From NCBI GenBank assembly GCA_913775595.1, contig CAJYLB010000001.1, positions 248,001-312,000 on the forward strand: DNA of 64,000 bases, given 5' to 3'. This document shows positions 60,809 to 64,000 of this stretch, in pieces; within the stretch, counting starts at the first letter, position 1, and each line of letters opens with the position of its first letter. The translations under genes were made by a program, and so were the position numbers. The DNA comes from an uncultured Aquiluna sp. (GTDB lineage: Bacteria > Actinomycetota > Actinomycetes > Actinomycetales > Microbacteriaceae). Below the pieces are notes generated by a model, which saw nothing but the letters and a program-made list of their open reading frames with translations, did no database searches and had not been told where the DNA came from.

Positions 60809-61608
60809 TGGCTCTTGACCCAGGTTCCGCCCGGGTCAAGGAGATTGCGCGACTTTCCCAAAAAGATGCCCGGTATGAAACCGGGCTCTTTTTGCTTGAG
60901 GGGCCTCAGGGCCTCAAAGAGTTAGCGCATTATCCGGAGATCGCCCAGGAGATTCTTGTCACCGAGGAAGCTCTAAATCGCTACTCGGTCCAGATTGCCG
61001 CGCTTGAAAAGGCGGGCGTTGCAATTGAGCAAGTCTCATCAAGGGTGATGGAGAAAATTTCTGACACTAAGACTCCACAGGGAGTGGTGAGCGTCGTTCA
61101 CCACCTCGACCTAGAGCTTGATGAAGTCATCGAGTCGGAACCGAAACTTCTAGTTTTGCTGGATCGAATCCAAGATCCAGGCAATGCAGGAACGATCATC
61201 AGAGCGGCCGATGCCGCGGGGGCTGATGCAGTTTTGTTCTCTGAGGGTTCTGTGGACCCTTACAACCCAAAGGTTGTCAGATCAACTGCGGGCAGTCTGC
61301 TGAATGTTCCGATCTCCATAGGTGTGGACATGGAGAGAGCAATCAGTGGCATCAAGCAAAAGGGAGTTCGGGTTTTTTCCACCAGCGCCCGCGGCGATGC
61401 GTTACCAGAGATTGCGGCCGAGATTTTGGCAGGACCTTCAGCTTGGGTCTTCGGAAATGAGGCTGGAGGCGTTTCTGCTGAAATAGCGAAACTGGCCGAC
61501 CAAACTGTCTCGATTCCGATTTATGGTTCAGCGGAGTCACTGAATTTGGCAACCGCTGCTTCTGTCTGCCTGTATTTCACTGCCTTTGCCCAACGGGCCA
61601 ATCACTAA
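60808..61608 (+). CDS. TrmH/SpoU family RNA methyltransferase
   Basis: IQDPGNAGTIIRAADAAG, VFGNEAGG, AESLNLATAA SPOUT motifs. Confidence 0.93.
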   Translation: MALDPGSARVKEIARLSQKDARYETGLFLLEGPQGLKELAHYPEIAQEILVTEEALNRYSVQIAALEKAGVAIEQVSSRVMEKISDTKTPQGVVSVVHHLDLELDEVIESEPKLLVLLDRIQDPGNAGTIIRAADAAGADAVLFSEGSVDPYNPKVVRSTAGSLLNVPISIGVDMERAISGIKQKGVRVFSTSARGDALPEIAAEILAGPSAWVFGNEAGGVSAEIAKLADQTVSIPIYGSAESLNLATAASVCLYFTAFAQRANH

Positions 61609-61618
61609 ACTTGTGCAA

Positions 61619-62650
61619 GTGTCCGAGCTAAGTCAATCTGAGGTAACCAAGGCGCTCCAAAGCTCCTTGGACTCACTTGCTGCCATTCAAACGGCAGAGG
61701 AGCTGAAGCAGGCAAAAGGACAGCTGGTGGGTGATGCCGCACCGCTGACAAAGTTGAATTCTCTAATCAAGTCACTTCCGAATGAGAAGAAGGCTGAGGC
61801 CGGGAAAATGATGGGTCTGGCAAAAGCTGAGCTCATGCAGGCATTTGAGGCGAAAGAAGCCCAGCTAGAGAGACAAGCACGGGCAGAGCGTCTTCAGGCA
61901 GAGAAGGTGGATATCACAGCTGCCGCGAACTATCTCCAAAAGGGAGCCAGGCACCCCCTGTCGCTTCTCATGGACCAAATCAGCGATGTCTTTGTTGGAA
62001 TGGGCTGGGAGATAGCCGATGGTCCTGAGCTTGAAAATGAGTGGTTCAACTTTGATGCTCTGAACTTTCACCCTGACCACCCCGCCAGGGCTATGCAGGA
62101 CACCTTTTTTGTAGCTCCTGTTGAAAACCATCTGCTGCTGAGAACCCACACCTCGCCAGTTCAGGTCAGGTCGCTACTCGAGCGCGACTTGCCGGTTTAT
62201 GTTCTCTGTCCAGGTCGAGTATTTAGGACGGATGAGCTGGATGCGACACATACGCCTGTCTTCCACCAGGTTGAGGGGCTGGCGGTTGACAAGGATCTGA
62301 CAATGGCAGATCTGAGGGGAACCCTCGAGCACTTTGCTCGGGTCATGTTTGGTCCCGAGGCAAAGATCAGACTTCGACCCAGCTACTTCCCATTCACCGA
62401 GCCGAGCGCTGAGCTTGATGTCTGGCACCCAGGCGCGAAAGGCGGCGCTAGGTGGGTCGAGTGGGGAGGCTGCGGCATGGTGAACCCAAACGTTCTGCTG
62501 GCTGCCGGCATCGACCCTGAGGTTTACTCAGGCTTTGCCTTTGGTATGGGTATTGAGCGAACCCTGATGTTTAGAAATGGCGTTCTCGACATGCACGACA
62601 TGGTGGAGGCGGATGTTCGCTTCTCCAGGCAGTTTGGGCAGGTGATCTAG
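61619..62650 (+). CDS. pheS: Phenylalanine--tRNA ligase alpha subunit
   Basis: HPARAMQDTF, LRTHTSPVQ, FHQVEG, YFPFTEPS, GFAFGMGIER; start GTG 61619 (or 61613). Confidence 0.98.
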   Translation: MSELSQSEVTKALQSSLDSLAAIQTAEELKQAKGQLVGDAAPLTKLNSLIKSLPNEKKAEAGKMMGLAKAELMQAFEAKEAQLERQARAERLQAEKVDITAAANYLQKGARHPLSLLMDQISDVFVGMGWEIADGPELENEWFNFDALNFHPDHPARAMQDTFFVAPVENHLLLRTHTSPVQVRSLLERDLPVYVLCPGRVFRTDELDATHTPVFHQVEGLAVDKDLTMADLRGTLEHFARVMFGPEAKIRLRPSYFPFTEPSAELDVWHPGAKGGARWVEWGGCGMVNPNVLLAAGIDPEVYSGFAFGMGIERTLMFRNGVLDMHDMVEADVRFSRQFGQVI

Positions 62651-64000
62651 TGAAGGTCCCACTCAGTTGGCTTGGTGAGTTCGTAGAGCTACCAAAGGAC
62701 GCAACGCCTCACGCGGTAATGGAAGATCTTGTGCGAGTTGGACTCGAGGAAGAGTCCTCAATCGGCGGCGAAATCACCGGACCTGTCGTGGTTGGCAAGG
62801 TCTTGGACTTTGTTGAGGAGCCGCAGTCCAATGGCAAGACCATCCGGTGGTGCCAAGTTCAGGTTGGCCCAGACGCAGGAGACGTTCGAGGCATAGTTTG
62901 TGGCGCGAGAAACTTTGAAGTTGGCGACAAGGTTGTAGTCACCCTGCCAGGTGCAGTTCTGCCGGGCGGTTTTGAAATTGCTGCTCGAAAGACCTATGGC
63001 CACATCTCCGATGGAATGATTGCCTCTGCCAAGGAGCTCAGCCTCAGCGATGATCACGAGGGCATTCTGCGTCTTGTGACTCTGGGGCTAGATCCTGAGC
63101 TCGGCACCGATGCACTTGAGCTTCTAGGTTTGAGCGAGTCTGCGGCGGAGGTCAATGTCACCCCCGACAGGGGCTACTGCTTTTCCATCAGGGGGATTGC
63201 GAGGGAGTACTCACATGCGACCTCTCGAAAATTCACGGATCCTGCATCGCTGGTAAGTCCTGCGCAGGTCTCAGGCTTTGCTTTGAAAGTGGGGGATTCG
63301 GCTCCCATTCACGGAACAGCAGGATGCTCTAACTTTTTGCTAGTTGGCGTAGAGAACATAGATGCGACCTCTCCCACGCCGAGCTGGATGGCCACCAGGC
63401 TCAAGCTAGCCGGCATGAGGTCTATTTCAATTGCCGTGGACATCACCAACTACGTCATGCTGGAGCTTGGTCAGCCTCTTCACGCCTACGATCTGGACAA
63501 GCTCACCGGAGGCATTGAAGTAAGGCGAGCAAAAAAGGGCGAGAAGATAACCACCCTTGATGACAAAGAGCGTGAACTTCATGAGGAAGATCTTCTGATT
63601 ACGGACGAGAGCGGTCCGATTGGCATCGCTGGCGTGATGGGTGGAGCGAGCACCGAGGTTTCAGACAGCACCACTCGGATACTGCTAGAGGCCGCAATTT
63701 TTGATCCGATTTCCATTGCTCGCTCGGCTCGCCGGCACAAGCTGCCGTCCGAGGCCTCCCGGCGCTTTGAGCGCGGGGTCGACCACAAGGTTTCTGCTTA
63801 TGCCGCCGCCAGGGCAGCCCAGCTACTTATCGAGCATGCTGGAGGAAAGCTGTCGGGGCTCGGTGCCGAGTTCAAAACCGACATTTCCCCCGCGGTAATT
63901 TCAATGCTGGCTGGCTTCCCATCCGAGCTTGTCGGCTATAAATACTCGGAAAAAGAAGTTGTTGCTGCCCTTGAGATGATCGGCTGCAAAGTATCGTCAA
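62650..64000 (+). CDS. pheT: Phenylalanine--tRNA ligase beta subunit (3' truncated by window edge)
   Basis: GTG overlapping pheS TAG gives MKVPLSWLGEFV...IVCGARNF...SDGMIAS...VTPDRGYCFSIRGIARE...VDITNYVMLELGQPLHAYD...SRRFERGVD; absent from the ORF track because no stop is reached. Confidence 0.97.
   Translation, partial: MKVPLSWLGEFVELPKDATPHAVMEDLVRVGLEEESSIGGEITGPVVVGKVLDFVEEPQSNGKTIRWCQVQVGPDAGDVRGIVCGARNFEVGDKVVVTLPGAVLPGGFEIAARKTYGHISDGMIASAKELSLSDDHEGILRLVTLGLDPELGTDALELLGLSESAAEVNVTPDRGYCFSIRGIAREYSHATSRKFTDPASLVSPAQVSGFALKVGDSAPIHGTAGCSNFLLVGVENIDATSPTPSWMATRLKLAGMRSISIAVDITNYVMLELGQPLHAYDLDKLTGGIEVRRAKKGEKITTLDDKERELHEEDLLITDESGPIGIAGVMGGASTEVSDSTTRILLEAAIFDPISIARSARRHKLPSEASRRFERGVDHKVSAYAAARAAQLLIEHAGGKLSGLGAEFKTDISPAVISMLAGFPSELVGYKYSEKEVVAALEMIGCKVSS

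Overview
A densely packed, mostly + strand stretch of core chromosome from a streamlined actinobacterium. Gene order and protein style suggest Microbacteriaceae, probably a small-genome aquatic Luna-cluster lineage such as Aquiluna (inference, not searched). In order, it contains: the atp operon (atpB partial to atpC), yaaA, an ECF sigma factor with a putative anti-sigma partner, tag/ogt alkylation repair, and a ~10.5 kb polyamine/GABA uptake and catabolism cluster. Then follows the actinobacterial backbone dxr-rseP-ispG-proS-nusA-infB-rbfA-truB-ribF-rpsO-pnp-dapB-thyX-dapA-rnj-ftsK-pgsA-cinA-clgR-recA-recX-miaB-miaA-dapF-hflX-lexA-LysM-hisCBH-priA-infC-rpmI-rplT-pheS-pheT (partial). I saw no tRNA, rRNA, CRISPR array, integrase or transposase. 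The interest lies in the intergenic DNA. (1) The infB leader has three micro-ORFs (MCETK*, MSIQK*, MRPAQL*) chained by ATGA overlaps at an exact 14-nt period, ending just before an 11-bp hairpin that buries the infB Shine-Dalgarno; this is a candidate re-initiation-sensing control of IF2. (2) A 26-nt motif is duplicated in front of both the ECF sigma gene and its partner. (3) At least 17 genes have a leaderless TANNNT-N6/7-start layout, and 8-9 junctions use TAGTG stop/start coupling. (4) The recA upstream region stacks a LexA box, a perfect DnaA box and a PafBC-type motif. (5) infC starts at ATT, and rpsO, pnp and infC have structured leaders. All calls come from reading the sequence; no searches or folding programs were run.
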